In this document: positions 18,255 to 32,555 of the stretch, piece after piece
Position numbering within the stretch: the stretch's first letter is position 1
How the letters are laid out: every line of letters begins with the position of its first letter
From: the human T2T-CHM13v2.0 reference genome, Homo sapiens
Strand: one strand, 5' to 3'
DNA: 64,000 nt
Assembly (NCBI RefSeq): GCF_009914755.1
Contig: NC_060938.1
Notes under the pieces: generated by a model
What the model saw: the letters and a program-made list of their open reading frames with translations, nothing else
Database searches by the model: none
What the model was told of the DNA's origin: nothing
Position numbers and translations under genes: made by a program

Positions 18255-18579
18255 GGCTGGGCGTCATGGCTCACGCCTGTAATCCCAGCACATTGGGAGA
18301 CCAAGGTGAGCAAATCACTTTAGGTCAGGGGTTTGAGACCAGCCTGGCCAACATGACGAAACCCCATCTCTACTAAAAATACAAAAATTAGCCAGGCGTG
18401 GTGGTGCACGCCTGTAATCCCAGCTACTTGGGAGGCTGAAGTAGGAGAATCACTTGAACCCGGCGGGGCAGAGGTTGCAGTCAGCCGAACCCAGGGGACA
18501 GAGGTTGCAGTGAGCCGAGATCACACCACTGCACTCCAGCCTGGACGACAGAGAGACTCTGTCTCAAAAAAAAAAAAAA
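18255..18579 (+). mobile_element. AluS with 30-bp internal tandem duplication
   Basis: Alu dimer; CAATGACT TSD; duplicated GAACCC...GAGGTTGCAGT.AGCC. Confidence 0.93.
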
Positions 18580-18738
18580 TCATACAATGACTAAACATCT
18601 TATTTTGTCTCACACTACTCTTCTTGCTGCTGATTAACTGCTTGAATTTCATTACAAAATAATGCAAAACAATGACCAGCCTGTTTGGGAATTTCAGAGC
18701 ACTAGTATGTATTGTAATATAAAATCAATATATTAATA

Positions 18739-19011
18739 GAGTCATCCCTTGTTATCCTCAGAGGATTGGTTACAGGACCCCCCACCCCACCCCCAACAGC
18801 AAAATAAATGGATGCTCAAGTCTCTGATATAAAATGGCATAGTATTTGTATACTTTAAATCATCTCTAGTTACTTATAATACCGAATACAATGTAAATGA
18901 TGTGTAGTTATTATACTGTATTGGTTTTATTTGTAGTATTTATTTTTCAAATAGTTTTAATCTGAGGTTGAGTCAGCGGATTTAGAACCCATAGATACAG
19001 ACGGCTGACTG
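18739..19011. mobile_element. MER2-like TcMar-Tigger DNA transposon fossil
   Basis: TA-flanked termini (GAGTC...GACTG); GGATGCTCAAGTCTCTGATATAAAATGGCATAGTATTTG core. Confidence 0.82.
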
Positions 19012-19163
19012 TACTTTTATACATAACGCTGCTTCTAGAACTTAACATTTTATGAGGATACTAAGGAAGGTAGGAGGATCACATATCCCAGCAGTATCTA
19101 AATGGTTAACCTAGGGATTTCATTTTCCCATATAATTAATACCAAAAGTTATAGCAAGAAAGG

Positions 19164-19468
19164 TTTTTTTTTGTTTTTTTTTTTTTTTGAGATGGAGTCT
19201 CGCTCTGTCGCCCAGGCTGGAGTGCAGTGGCATGATCTCGGCTCACTGTAACCTCCGCCTCCTGGGTTCAAGCGATTCTCCTTCCTCTGTCTCCTGAGTA
19301 CTGGGACTACAGGCGCGTACCACCATGCCTGGCTAATTTTTTGTATTTTTAGTAGAGGCAGGGTTTCACCGTGTTAGTCAGAATGGTCTCAATCTCCTGA
19401 CGTCGTGATCTGCCCGCCTAGGCCTCCCAAAGTGCTGGGATTACAGGCGTGGGCACCCGTGCCCGGCC
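19164..19468 (-). mobile_element. AluS (Sc-like)
   Basis: poly(T) plus reverse Alu dimer. Confidence 0.92.
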
Positions 19469-19614
19469 CAAGGAAGGCATGTTTTTTAAGTACACACTGT
19501 AATAACAGATTGGCCTTCTTCATGATTTTTGTATTATAACCATACACAATTTAAAAATCACAATTTCTATTAAACTTTAGACAGTCATTGATATTTACAT
19601 TAGCCAATCTTTTA

Positions 19615-19958
19615 CAGACAGTCCCCAATCTACAATGGTTCAACTTGGGATTTCTCAACTTTACAATGCTATGAAAGAAATATGTATTCAGTAGAAACTA
19701 TAGTTCAAGTATTCACACAACCATTCTGTTTTCACTTTCAGTACAGTACAATGTTTGAGATATTCAACACCTTATTATAAAATAGGCTTTGTGTTAGATT
19801 ATTTTGCCCAACTGTAGGCTGATGTAAATGTTATGAGTACGTTTAAGGTTGGCTAAGCCATGATGCTTGGTAGGTTAGGTGCATTAAATGCATTTGCAAC
19901 TTACATTTTCAACTTATGATGTCCGGAGATAATTCCATTGCAAGTTGAGAAGCATATA
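19615..19958 (-). mobile_element. MER47A-like Tigger DNA transposon
   Basis: GGTAGGTTAGGTGCATTAAATGCATTT and TTTTGCCCAACTGTAGGCT segments; TA at left end. Confidence 0.82.
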
Positions 19959-20137
19959 TATTATCATTCTCTCAACATAAATACATAACTTATTCATGAA
20001 TACTTAGAAAATTGAGAGAAAATATTGGCATGGATTAATCAAATACTTTAATAATCAACTGAATTTTGAAAGTACTTGCATCTCTCAATTCCCACGGCAA
20101 GTGCTATTTAAGCCTCTACATTTAAAAAGCTTCAGTA

Positions 20138-20445
20138 GGCCAGGCGCAGTGGCTCATGCCTGTAATCCCAGCACTTATGGGAGGCTAAGGCAGGCAAATC
20201 GCTTGATCTCAGGAGTTCGAGACCAGCCTAGGCAACATGATGAAACCCTGTCTCTACTAAAAATACAAAAATTAACCAGGTGTGGTGGTATGCATCTGTG
20301 GTCCCAGCTACTTGGGAGGCTAAGGTTGGAGGATCACTTGAGCCCAGGGAGGTAGAGGCTACAGTGAGCCATGATAACACCAATGCACTCCAGCCTGGAA
20401 GACAGTGAGACCCTGTCTCAAAAAAAAATTTAAAAATTTTTTAAA
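20138..20445 (+). mobile_element. AluJ
   Basis: Alu dimer. Confidence 0.92.
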
Positions 20446-20740
20446 ATGCTCGACTAAACCACTTTAATATTAAGTATACGGGAAAACATCAACTATTCTA
20501 TAACAAAGAAACATGAGATGTCAGTTACTAAAATATAATTGTCCAGTTAAAGATTCCAGCATTCCAGGGAAAAGTATTTTCTCTACCTAACCTGTGTGAT
20601 ATTCCCCAAAACAATGAGGAAAGAGGGCGGAGAGAGAATCAGAGTCCTGGTCATTCACAAACTAGTGGCATTTGAAATTGAATTAACACACAGACTCAAC
20701 CATTATGCATAAACTACACAAGGAAACATTTAAGACAGCT

Positions 20741-20746
20741 TTTATT
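20741..20746 (-). terminator. CNIH1: CNIH1 distal poly(A) signal AATAAA
   Basis: TTTATT on + strand; U/GU-rich downstream sequence on - strand (TGTTTCCTTGTGTAGTTT). Confidence 0.7.
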
Positions 20747-23700
20747 AAATACAAAAGCAAAATAAGCTCTAAGGAGTAAGGTAGGGCTACTTAAGGGCGT
20801 TTTCTGTGGACAGCGGACACAGCAACATTAAGGTTAGCTTAGATTTGAACAAACCATGAGCAGACAGCTAACTACATGTTATGTTTCTCTTAGTAGTTTT
20901 AGGGTCTGCCCAGTAATCAAGAAATTTTACTTCTCCAGAATACATGAACATGGGAACCAAAGAAATGTAAATATTTCGAAAAAGCACTACACAATAAAAT
21001 GAGACGCAATCCTTATGCAGGTCAAGATGTTCTCCACATCTACAATGTGCATTAACAAAATTAATGCAGATAAGACCTTCACTCCAACCCCAAAGATCTT
21101 ACATGGTTAATACTATTTTCCAAAATCAGCAGAACAAGCTGCAGTTACTTCTTTTAGACATTTAGCTTTGGAACTTTGAATTTCAAAGTAAAATTGTTAT
21201 AAGAAAGCTAGTCAATATATTTAGCAATAGAACCACTCTTTTACTTTTGATATCATTCTGAGGTATTAATTCAGAACCATCTTCCAAGCTATACTGGTAG
21301 CACCACAGACTTACTAGCTGCTGGTCATACTGCACATCAATGATTGGTTTGAGCAAAGGAGCTTAAAATCATCTAAGGCTAGCATGATTAATAGTTTCCA
21401 AAAAGGATGAACATGAGTACTTTTATGAGCAATGCTAGATAAGGTATCCATGTTTTTCTTTCCCCTAAAGAATGTTGTTTTAGAATATTTTTGCCATCAA
21501 AATTTCTGATTTACAATCATGATATACAACTGAGAGATGTACATTTATGGATGTTAAATGACATAAATAAGTAAACTAGACACATACTTTTAAATATAGA
21601 CCATTATTTGAGTGGGCTTGATACACTGCTAGGATATAACCACACCTAAGGTGAAAGCTCACCCCTACAGGGTATAAGTGATACACGGAAGTCATTATTT
21701 GCACTATGGCAATATTCCACGAACTCTATTCATAAACATAGAAGGAGAAGAGAGGTGTTGTACAAAGGATTTTGCTGGTTTCAAAGCACATACAACTTTA
21801 TTTCCTTTCTATGTAAATATTTGACATAGCTTCAAAATATATTGATTTGGGGAGCAGAGAAGAGCTCTATGAGAACTGTTTGCAGGAGTGGTCGTCAAGG
21901 TGAAAACACTGAACTGGCTTTAAAAGAGACACATACTGCAAACTGCTGTGTACTTTGTTGCCATGTGAGAGACCATTATCTGGGTACATGAATTTGACTG
22001 GTAGGTCTGTCAGTTCATGGTACAATCAGTGAGGCTAGGAAACTATTACTTATACTCGATCCATACTCAAGTCAAAAGTGGATGGTCTTGGTCATTTCCT
22101 ATCACTTCCCTTTCCCATGAAAAATAATTCAAACTTCAAACAAATTAGCAGTTTGTCCATAGCCTGGGACCAAACCCTCCTCTACCCTGGAATGAGGAGT
22201 GAGGAATATCATTAAGCATTGAGAAAACTGTCAAACATCATTAATAACATTTGGATATGAGTGTTCAAATAATTTCTACACCATACCTCCTTAGTATTAA
22301 AGGGCCATACTGCCACAATATAGTATTATTACTCAGTAAAGTAACGGCTAAACAGACATTTATTATGTTAGGGTTTTAATTCAGGACAATCTGTGGTATC
22401 CATAGCAACAAAAAGTTGTTGGTATAGATATAACCACAGTGTTACACAAGATGCAATAAAATAGACACAAACAGGGAAAACAATTTCCTAGAGCTAGAAA
22501 GCTTTTAAAGATAAAGCACATAATACCAAAAGTAACTGTAATAAGGAGAAAAAAAAAAGAGTACCTAAATGAACAGCTGTTGCTGCACAGGGAATGTTTA
22601 ACGTAAACTGAATTATAAACCCAGGCTAACCATGCCTCAGCTGAACCCACAGGAATAATAGGCTAGGGCCACCCCAAAGAGATTGATGTGGAAAATAAAT
22701 CCAGAGCAATGAAAAGAGCCAGTCGGATATTGTCAGATTCAAGTATTTCGTTTCTGCTTTCTCTTGGTAAGTGATCTAATTCATAAAACACTGACATGGT
22801 AAAAGTGGGTAGATATTAGGAGAGCAGGTACTCAATCTTTTAATCACTTACATGCCTAGGAACTCACAAACTACCACAAAGATGGGTGAAACTCCCTGTC
22901 AATCATCTTTGAGGAATCAGCTGAAGACTACATATCTTATTTGGGAAACATGAGAAAATGGCTTCCACAAATCCCAACCAGTAAACTTACTCCTGGAGAA
23001 TATTCTGGAATAGATTATTAAAAGGATGTTTGTTAACACTTATGAAGTAGTGTTTGCTAAGAGAGGCAGGGTTCACGAAAATATTTTGACAGGAATACTC
23101 AAGTAACAGCCCCAGGAAACCCATCTGGATTATAGAAGACTTGGCCAGGTCTTGCATGATCAAAAGTCCTTGTGAACAAGAAAGAAAACTAAGTGCATGC
23201 TGATGTAATCAGGTGGACTGGAAACTGAATGACTGCCTGTGCTCAAAGCATGAATCTTGAGAGCCCAGCAAGTACTCAATAAATAATTTGTTACATGAAC
23301 TGACCAAGAGTCAGATCCCTCTAGTTCTCCAGACTGTGAAATACAAGGTCTTTAAAGCTTTCCTTGTTATGGAACAGTTTGAGTCTCTTCACTCTTCTGG
23401 TTCTAAATCTCTTCCTCAACATACTCACCCCCATTACCCAGAACAGTTAACAGCTACTCTCTCCCAACCATGGGAAAGCACTGAAATAAAGCACTTTTCA
23501 CTTAGTAGAGAATAAAACAGCATCTAATCCAACAAGTTCATAGAGTAAGATTTCCACAAACGCATCCATAAACTTCCTTGATCATGTGAAATTTCTATAT
23601 ATTGGTTCTCTTTCTTTTGATCCTCTTCTCAAGAAACTTCCAAACCACTTATTTTATTTTCAACTGCCTTAACTTCCTCATCCCAAATAAAGCACAAGAT

Positions 23701-24109
23701 TTATTTATGCTTATGAAAACATGCAAGCCATAATTTACCTGCCTTACAAGCAGCAGCAAAAACTCAAATTTACAAGCCATTTTACCTTAAAACTGACTGT
23801 TCCAAAAAGGAAAAATCAAAGTAAACTATTTTAAGTGCCACCATAATTTTTCTTAATTGGTAAGAGAAATGATGATGCTATGCCATCCACGTTTATGAAT
23901 CTTGTCAAATGACAAAAGAGGTTAATGTGCTCGGCATTTAAAAATTTTCCTTTTTAGATCTAGGCATGGTATTTTTCAGAAAACCCATAATGTAGTACGT
24001 CACTTTTTAAAAATGACAGCAACATGTCTTTATCATGGATTAAGCAAGTTTAAGAAATACTATTTTTAATCTCAAACAATGCACTGAAAGTGAGTCTTAA
24101 TTTCAGAGT

Positions 24110-24115
24110 TTTATT
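24110..24115 (-). terminator. CNIH1: CNIH1 proximal poly(A) signal AATAAA
   Basis: TTTATT on + strand about 860 nt after stop; downstream TTGTTTG on - strand. Confidence 0.7.
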
Positions 24116-24976
24116 GTATTGCACTAAAGGAACAGCAGGATGGTTATACAATTTTCTCTCATTCAGTTTTGAAAATCTGTAGTACCTGCAAATTCTTAAG
24201 AATACCTTTACCACCAGATTAGAACAGTAAGCATAATAACCAATTTCTTAATAAGTAATGTCTTACAAATAAAAACACATTTAAAATAGCTTTAAATGCA
24301 TTCTTCACAAGTAATTCAGCATATATTTTTATATCATGTTTACTTATGCTTAAGAATTAAAGCAAGTATATTTATTACTCTGATGGAAATATGGGAAATC
24401 TCTCATTCATGCAATATACAGGGATAATATTCAAGCGAAGGGAAAATTCCCGCTTTTTATTTTTGTAAATGTATCCATATATAATCATCGACATGACAGA
24501 TGAGGAAACCCATGAAGTTTCCCACTAGTCAGATATACATTTTCACTTCATCAGAAGCACCTGATATCTACAGCTAATTTATAATTAGATACTGTTTCAA
24601 TGAAACCAAAATGAGCCCTACAAGTTCCTATAAACAAAAGCTTCCAATGTACTAGGACAGTCAGTAATTAATGCATCATTCAGAGGATTATGGCTGTTCC
24701 TTAAGAAGTGCAAGTTCAAACCTGTCAACACCAGAGGTAACCATTTTATATTAATTTATACGTAATACCATTTAAAATCTTTATCTGAGTATAACATATG
24801 AAAACAGTCTTTCCACAAGCAAAAATGTGGAAACATTTAAAAAATAAGGAGTCATTTTTTAAAGTAACTGATCAGATTCCACAGGCTACTCTTGGACAGG
24901 ATCTTGCTGGATAGAATCCCTTCATTTGGTGGCTTTTTGCATGCACTTAACTGGACCAATTCTTCTGTGTGTTGTT

Positions 24977-25004
24977 CTAAGAGCTCACCAAAACATAGAT
25001 CATG
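24977..25004 (-). CDS. CNIH1: CNIH1 coding exon 5: (G)MIYVLVSS*
   Basis: Pyrimidine-tract CAG acceptor at 25007-25005; TAG at 24979-24977; five exons sum to 435 nt = 144 aa + stop. Confidence 0.96.
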
Positions 25005-26377
25005 CTGAAAAGAAGAAAAAAGATGTTAATTTGAACATTACTAATTATTAAAAAAAAACTCAGAGCATGAGAGAGTATGCTTTATATAGCAAACTAGTAT
25101 CACAGAAAATGACAAGACTAATGACAAGTTCACAGTGATTTTAATTTGCATTTATGGACTTTTGCCTAACATATGACTTGGCTCAGTGCATATGCTGTAG
25201 TTGTCCCCTATTCCCTTCCAATTTTAGCAAGTAGAACGGCACAGCTGAAAGCTTAATGGCGGATCAGAGCTTAGAGAAGCCATCCAAACATCACACACTC
25301 TGGAGTTGTGTCTAATAATAGAATGAGTATCTCTGGAGGGCTCACTTCACGCCAGGCCCTGTTAGGTCTCTTATATACATTACCTTGCTTAATCCTTCAA
25401 GGAGTCCTAGAAGGCAGGTACCATGTGTATCCCCATTGTATAGAAAGGAATGATCAATCAAGGATCTTTCCCATTACAGAAAGGATCTAAGCAATAGCAA
25501 CTTTTAGGAAGTGGTTAAAAAAGAAAAGGGGGGAAAACAGCAAAATAAAAGGCAATGACCTTTTGATTTAGGTTTAAGAACTGCCAAGGGCAATTCTACA
25601 GAGTGCTATGGGAACGGCATAGGGGCATGATTCAAAAAGCACATAACTCTAAACAGAAATACAAAGGAGTTGAACAAGCTTGATAGACAACCTTAAAACA
25701 CAACAAATGTCCTGGTGCTACCATATCCTGCTGAACATTTTCCCACAACTGCACATCTCCAACTTTATCATTTATTCAATCATTCATTTCATTTCTTTCA
25801 TTCAACAAATACGTATGAAGTGCCTATCATACACCAGCCCGTTCCAGACATTTGCTATGGAAACTTATGAAATGAAAATTAACAGGAAATTAAAGTGACA
25901 CATAGAATTTCACTTTTCAGAGCACTTCTTTGTTTCATAGATGAGTAATATCTGCATATGCACTAAAGGATACTCATTTTCACAGTAATAGCCTCTAAAG
26001 GCATAAAAATACCAAAAATACCTTTTTCCTAAATTTCAGTCTAACCATTCATCTTTTCTATGATGGAAACTTATGTATGAAGAGAAATATGAATATGAAT
26101 ATAAGCCTATCTTAGCAAGTTTTCAAGTAATGAAAAAGAGAAGGGAAGCTTATGCTGTTTTTTAAAGCTTACAGCTTTTTTGGAAATATTCTGAAAATCA
26201 AGGAGAAAGTTCTCTCTAGTTGAGTATGTATTAATAAAAAATGAGAAAGTATTTTATATAAGTGATGTGTAAAAGTATATTCACATAGCTTAAAGAAATA
26301 TATAATTCTACATTTAACAGTGTCCTTTTCTAGTTTTAATAAGCAGTCATTTCACTGCACCTACAACACACCTACAG

Positions 26378-26927
<550 letters not shown>

Positions 26928-27423
26928 GAACAAAAATCGGAAACTGCACCACCCTGTAAGGTAGAACTACTTCTTTCATTCATACCACTCAAATCAAGCA
27001 AATCAGAAAATAAAGGGCAGAGCACACCACTTATGAAGAATGATAAGGAAAAAATGAAACATAATGTCTGGAGAGACCCTGAAGACAAGCAGAAATTTCT
27101 GCAAACTCACACATCCCTATCCTTCAATGACATCACTTTGCCATGGAGAATGAGGACCATCCTTTACTGACTGAATGTGTCTGAAAACTTATGAAGCAGC
27201 ATCCCTGACCAAACCTTCTGCCTCTGATGGCAGGCTGGTTTACTGCCTTGACAAGCACCAGTGTGGGCCACACTGAATGTGTGCGAATTTGCTGGTATGC
27301 ACCATGCACACTTAAGACACTAAGTTATTCTTCAAATGGATTTTGAGGTGTGAAAACCATAATGCCTGCAAACTTTTAAAGCAGCAAAGTGAAAGCATAT
27401 TTCATTTTACCTTTTCAACTTAC

Positions 27424-27567
27424 CCATATAGGTAGTAAAAAAATGCTAGAAGATAAAAAGCTAATTTGCACCATCCTTCCTTCTGACAATATGCTAGAAT
27501 ATCTGCATTCATGATGGTTGTAGGGTCATAGAGTCCTGGGCCACTCATCACTGGTCTACTCATATAC
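27424..27567 (-). CDS. CNIH1: CNIH1 coding exon 4 (144 bp): (R)[47 protein letters not shown](G)
   Basis: CAG acceptor, GTAAGT donor; cornichon LYDPT and KLAFY motifs. Confidence 0.97.
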
Positions 27568-27969
27568 CTGGAATAAACACAGTCTATTAGGCATTCAGAA
27601 AGGGCAGTAAATGTTCAGATAAGAAAGCAGGTCTTTCTTCTAAAACATCTGTTACGAGAGGTGGTCCATAAAGGGAAGCATTCTTTTACTTATGGGTAAA
27701 ATGCTTTCCTTTTACCATCTTAATTTTAAAAGTAGAGCCCCTAAATGAGCAGAATGAGATAGCTAAACAAGTTTCTTCTAGTCTCTGCCTTTTCAGAAAT
27801 CCATGAAAAATAGGAAGAACTGTAAAAAGAAAATAGGTGTTTTGTTTTTACTTATCTTGGCATAATTTTAGACTTACAGAAAAGATACAAGAACCTTTCA
27901 CCCAGATATTCCAAATGTCCATTTTTACTATATTTGCTTTCTCCTTCTCTTTCTCATTCTGAGTACTGG

Positions 27970-28588
27970 TTTTTTTTGGTTTTTTGTTTTGTTTTTTTGT
28001 TGTTGTTGTTTTGAGACAGGGTCTTACCCTGTAACCCAGGCTGCAATATAGTGGTGCAATCTTGGCTCACCACAATCTCAGATTCCTGGGCTCAAGCAAT
28101 CCTTCTGCCTCAGCCTCCCAAGTAGCGGGGACTACAGGCACACGCCACCATGCTTAGCTAATTTTTTTTGTAGAGGGGGGTTTTGCCACGTTGCCCAGTC
28201 TGTTCTCCAACTCCTGGGCTCAAGTGATCCACCTGCCTCAGCCTCTCAAAGTGCTGGGATTACAGACATGAGCCACTGTACCTGGCCCTGAGTAAATTTT
28301 TTTTTTTTTGAGACAGAGTGTTGCTCTGTTGCCCAGGCTGGAGTGCAGTGACACGATCTTGGCTAACTGCAAACTCTGCCTCCCAGCCTGAAGCAATTCT
28401 CTGCCTCAGCTTCCCAAGTAGCTGAGTTTATAGGCGCCCGCCACCACTACTGGTTAATTTTTGTATTTTTAGTTGAGACAGGGTTTCACCATCTTGGCCA
28501 GGCTGGTCTTGAACTCCTGACCTTGTGATCCACCCACTTCGGCCTCCCAAAGTGCTGGGATTACAGGCGTGAGCCACTGCGCCCGGCC
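27970..28588 (-). mobile_element. Two tandem Alus (AluJ 27970-28287, AluS 28296-28588) inside old L1M sequence
   Basis: Two reverse Alu dimers with T tails; degenerate L1M flanks. Confidence 0.9.
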
Positions 28589-29270
28589 AAGTACATTTTT
28601 TTCTGAATCATTTCAAAGTCCATTGTAGACCTGATAACACTTTACTTCTAAATACTTCTTCAGTATATGTCTCCTAAAATCAAGGGCAATAAGGTTTTGA
28701 CATGCCTATTTAAAACAAAAACTTCTAACTCTATATACGGCAGATATTACTATGGAAGTTATAAAATATTATCTTTTACAAATAACCAAAATTAGTCATA
28801 AACACAGAAAGAAATTAGACACATACTGTACATTTTGACTTACCTGAAGTTCAAGGACAAGCAAAGCTAATCTAAGTTGATAGAGGTCAGTGGTCTTGGG
28901 AGGTGTGGAGGGTAACTGACTTAAGATGGGGCATAAGTGAATGCTCTGGAGGCTACAACTGTTGTGTATCTTGATCTGGGTGGTAGTTTAACAGGTGTAT
29001 ACGTATGTAAAAATTCATTGAGCTATATACTTCAGACTTGTGCACAACACTAAGTTATACTTCACTTTTTAAAAAAATTCCTTTAAAAATAAAGTAAGCT
29101 CTATATGAGGTATTGAAATAGTTTTTGTTCACCCACTTGATTTTTAAAAAAATAAATGCCAACTGATCTTCCATTTTTATGTAGGTGACTAGCATGTAAG
29201 ATAACCATATCAACCACAGTATATTTAAGTTTTAATTTAAAAAAATATTAAAAGTGTATCTAAATATTAC

Positions 29271-29383
29271 CTCCAAATATGATATGCCAAGAGGGGCATA
29301 TTGAGACCCAGTGTAAGCCACTCTGCTGCACAAAGAAACATGACACAGAAGAAAGCGTGGATGAGGTACTCTGGGAGTACAAG
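29271..29383 (-). CDS. CNIH1: CNIH1 coding exon 3 (113 bp): [37 protein letters not shown](R)
   Basis: TTCCAG acceptor, GTAATA donor; transmembrane cornichon segment. Confidence 0.97.
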
Positions 29384-31599
29384 CTGGAAGGAAAACACAA
29401 GCCAGTTATCAAAATGCCTCAGCATTAAGTCAACTACTAATCTGGAAAGCAGGTGGCAACCAAGTTTCCATAATGAAAAATCACTGTTTTCTTAGACTCA
29501 GAAATAAAAGATGCTACTGAGTTTTATTTCCATGTTTAACTTTTTACCAAAAGTAGGATTACAGGCAAACTGACCAGAGCATATAGCTTGCACTAACATA
29601 GTAAGATACATGACTTAAAATTCAAAGCTCAAATCCTTAGAGAAACAGATCAAATTATATAAAGTTACCACCCAGATTGTTAAACAATATGCTAGTCAAC
29701 TAGAATACTTTTTCTTTTCACCATTCAACAATGATAGAAGTACAAAAATGAGATATCTGATCACATGCAACATATTAAAAATTCCACAGAAACAAAACTC
29801 CCCTTTGGAATTTTACATATCAGTGTTTTTAAGCCTTTAACAAAAACCAGAAATGCTACATACACAATATTTAGCAAACCACATTGCATTCCCACAGAAG
29901 TAATTTTTTAATGGAAAGCCAATCAGCCAATAATCTCAGCACAGTGAGGGGAAGAACACTAATATGCGCAAATGTAAAAGATTCGCTTTCTGCAATGTAG
30001 GAGGGAAAAGACTGAGTTCTTAACCATGAAATTAAGATTTTCCAGGTTCCCAAGTTCTCATTCTTAGGTGGCCTTTCCGTTTCTTTACCCCTGCTTGCCA
30101 ACAAAATGCTACAGACACAACAGAAGACCAGTAGAAGCTCAGAACCCAAAAACAAAATAAACCTTTTGGTACTAGGTAATATTAAGTGAAGAAAAATTAA
30201 TTCGAGCAAAATGCTTTTTATAAAATGACCAGGAGTTAATGCTTTATGTTAAATTATCTTTCTCATCCTAAAGATTTCAGCCTGAGGACTTTGTTAAATA
30301 AAAATACCAAAACCTCTCATTGCAAGTTTCAGCCGAAGTATCTCCTGTAAGTCACAGCTACAAAGCCAGTTTCTCAAATGTTTACTTCATACCAAATGGA
30401 AATCATATGAATACTTATCATCATCAGATCACTCCTGAGGGGAAACCATGGCTGTAGATATTGTAATCACACTACATACTCAGACCCATTTTCTCATACT
30501 CCCAAATTACTCTTTCCAATTTAAAGCTGTAGAGGGGACTTTCTAATGAATACTATTTTTAAAAAAAATCCAGGTAAACAACTCATCTACACCACTAACC
30601 AAATATTTTCTACAAACTTAAGCAATACAATAACAAAGGATAAACTCGGCATATGTACCTAAACTTCTAAATAACATTTAAGCCAGCATCTATTTAAGAT
30701 CAAAGTTCTCTAAACAAGAAAAGGGCCATAGGACTCTGAAACTCAAGGACTATAACCAGAACAAACCAAGAAAAATATACATTTTATTAAGAATTCCACT
30801 AGAGTTGCTTTTATAATACTTGTTTAAATTACAGACGTTGTCTTTAAAATATAAGCCTATTTCAGCCCTAAAAAGCCATCTGATACCTAACAAACAAATC
30901 CTCATGCAAGGTTTTATCCTACACTTACAGAATGAAGTATGGAAAGAATGATTTTGAAAGCATGACCCTCTCCCGCTCTTAATATTACTTTAATAAAAGT
31001 GTTAATAAAGATAATCTACAACTCTACCAGTTCTAATATGAAACAATGCCATTCCCTCCCTTCTCCTCAAAAGGAGTCCAGAAACATTTACTACCCATCT
31101 CTCTTAAAAACCAACCCTCTCCGAGCATTCTTTAATGACAAAATTTCCCCATAAGAGACACAAAAATTATTCAATTTAGGAACCAAGGTTCAAACAGAAA
31201 CTAGTATCCAGAAAAAAAACCTCAAGCAAATATGGCTGAAATGATAACATTTAAACATGCAAAATATAATATTCTCTTGTTAAAGTTCACAATTTAAAAA
31301 ATAGTGATATTTGTCTTCCCCCATACTTTGGCAGAACTGTCAAAACAAATTTAAATAGGGAAAACTGTCAGATGCACTGCTATTCAGCCAATTATTGGCA
31401 CCCTATCCAAAAGGCAACCTGTGCTGCTATAAAAACGTCCTTCAACCTCCTGCAGCATTAGGATGTCCCAAGCACATGTCTCTTCTCAGTGAGAATTTCT
31501 TTCCGTTAAGAAAAGCCAGGAATCGCACATTACCTGTTAAAATGAAACCTGTCCCTCCTAAATTTACAATACATTAGGAAAATACAAGAACTTGAGCTT

Positions 31600-31790
31600 C
31601 AAAAATTAGGCTGTCTTGAGTTCAAGTTCTGACTCTATCTTAGCTGTATAACATTCGGCAAAGTGCTTTAACCTGGCAAAGCTTCAGTTTACTCTCCTAT
31701 TCATGAGATAACAATTTACCTACCTCAGGATTGTCATGAGAATTAAATTTAAAAATTCAGGCAAAGTGCTTACCACAGAGCCTAGCACCC
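31600..31790 (+). mobile_element. MIR
   Basis: GGCAAAGTGCTTTAACCT...CTACCTCAGGATTGTCATGAGAATTAAAT core. Confidence 0.75.
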
Positions 31791-32424
31791 AGGAAAATCC
31801 TCATCTGATTTCAAATATTTTTACCTTCATCATCATTTGGTTATTGAAGTAATGAAAAGACAAACAGCACAGAATACTATTAATAAACAGCTATCAAAAG
31901 GGGAAATTTCAGTTTCTTCATTTCCTGGTAACAACTTCAACTACTTAGGTTAAGATGTTTTAAAATTAACACTTAATGCTTTCCAAGAGAAGGCAAATTC
32001 ATCTTCTTATGTCTTGTTTCATAAGAGCAAAGAAACAGCTAATAAGTTAATACTTTTAATTGTACCTACATCAACTCTTACTGTAACAGTTCTCTAAAGA
32101 CAAACTAGAAATCTCTTCCACCATCCACATTTATCTGGGAAACAATAATAAAGTACCAAACTAACTTTCTAGATGCTTTTCCAAATAAAATCCCTCTAGC
32201 ACCTAGTGCTAGTACACTAGTATGCTAGACAATTAAAATCTACACAAACTCTCCCCTTCGTTAAGTAATTTTTAAAGCTGAATTACTGTATTTTATTTCT
32301 TGAAGACATACCCACTGCTTTCTTATAAACAACCAACCTTTCAATTACTGACCAGTCAGGCAAAATCAAATACACAGGCTAAAAGAGTATCTTCCTAAAT
32401 GCAGGCAAAAATACAAAAAAACAA

Positions 32425-32555
32425 ACTGGGTACCCTGGTGTGTGCCTGTAATCCCAGCTACCCAGGAGATTGAGGCAGGACGATCACTTGACCCAGGAGT
32501 TTGATAAGAGCCTGGGCAATATAGAGACACCCCCATCTCAAAAGAAAATTTAAAA
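32425..32555 (+). mobile_element. Alu monomer (FLAM-like)
   Basis: Single Alu arm with A tail. Confidence 0.8.

Larger units (their letters stand above)
20725..24976 (-). other. CNIH1: CNIH1 long 3'UTR (last exon)
   Basis: Follows stop codon; nearly repeat-free 4.2 kb ending after AATAAA at 20746-20741; distal end inferred. Confidence 0.7.

Noticed and set aside
23278-23283. Plus-strand AATAAA as a distal CDKN3 poly(A) site
   Set aside because: Belongs to an L2 3' terminal motif 6 kb past the stop; no support from sequence alone
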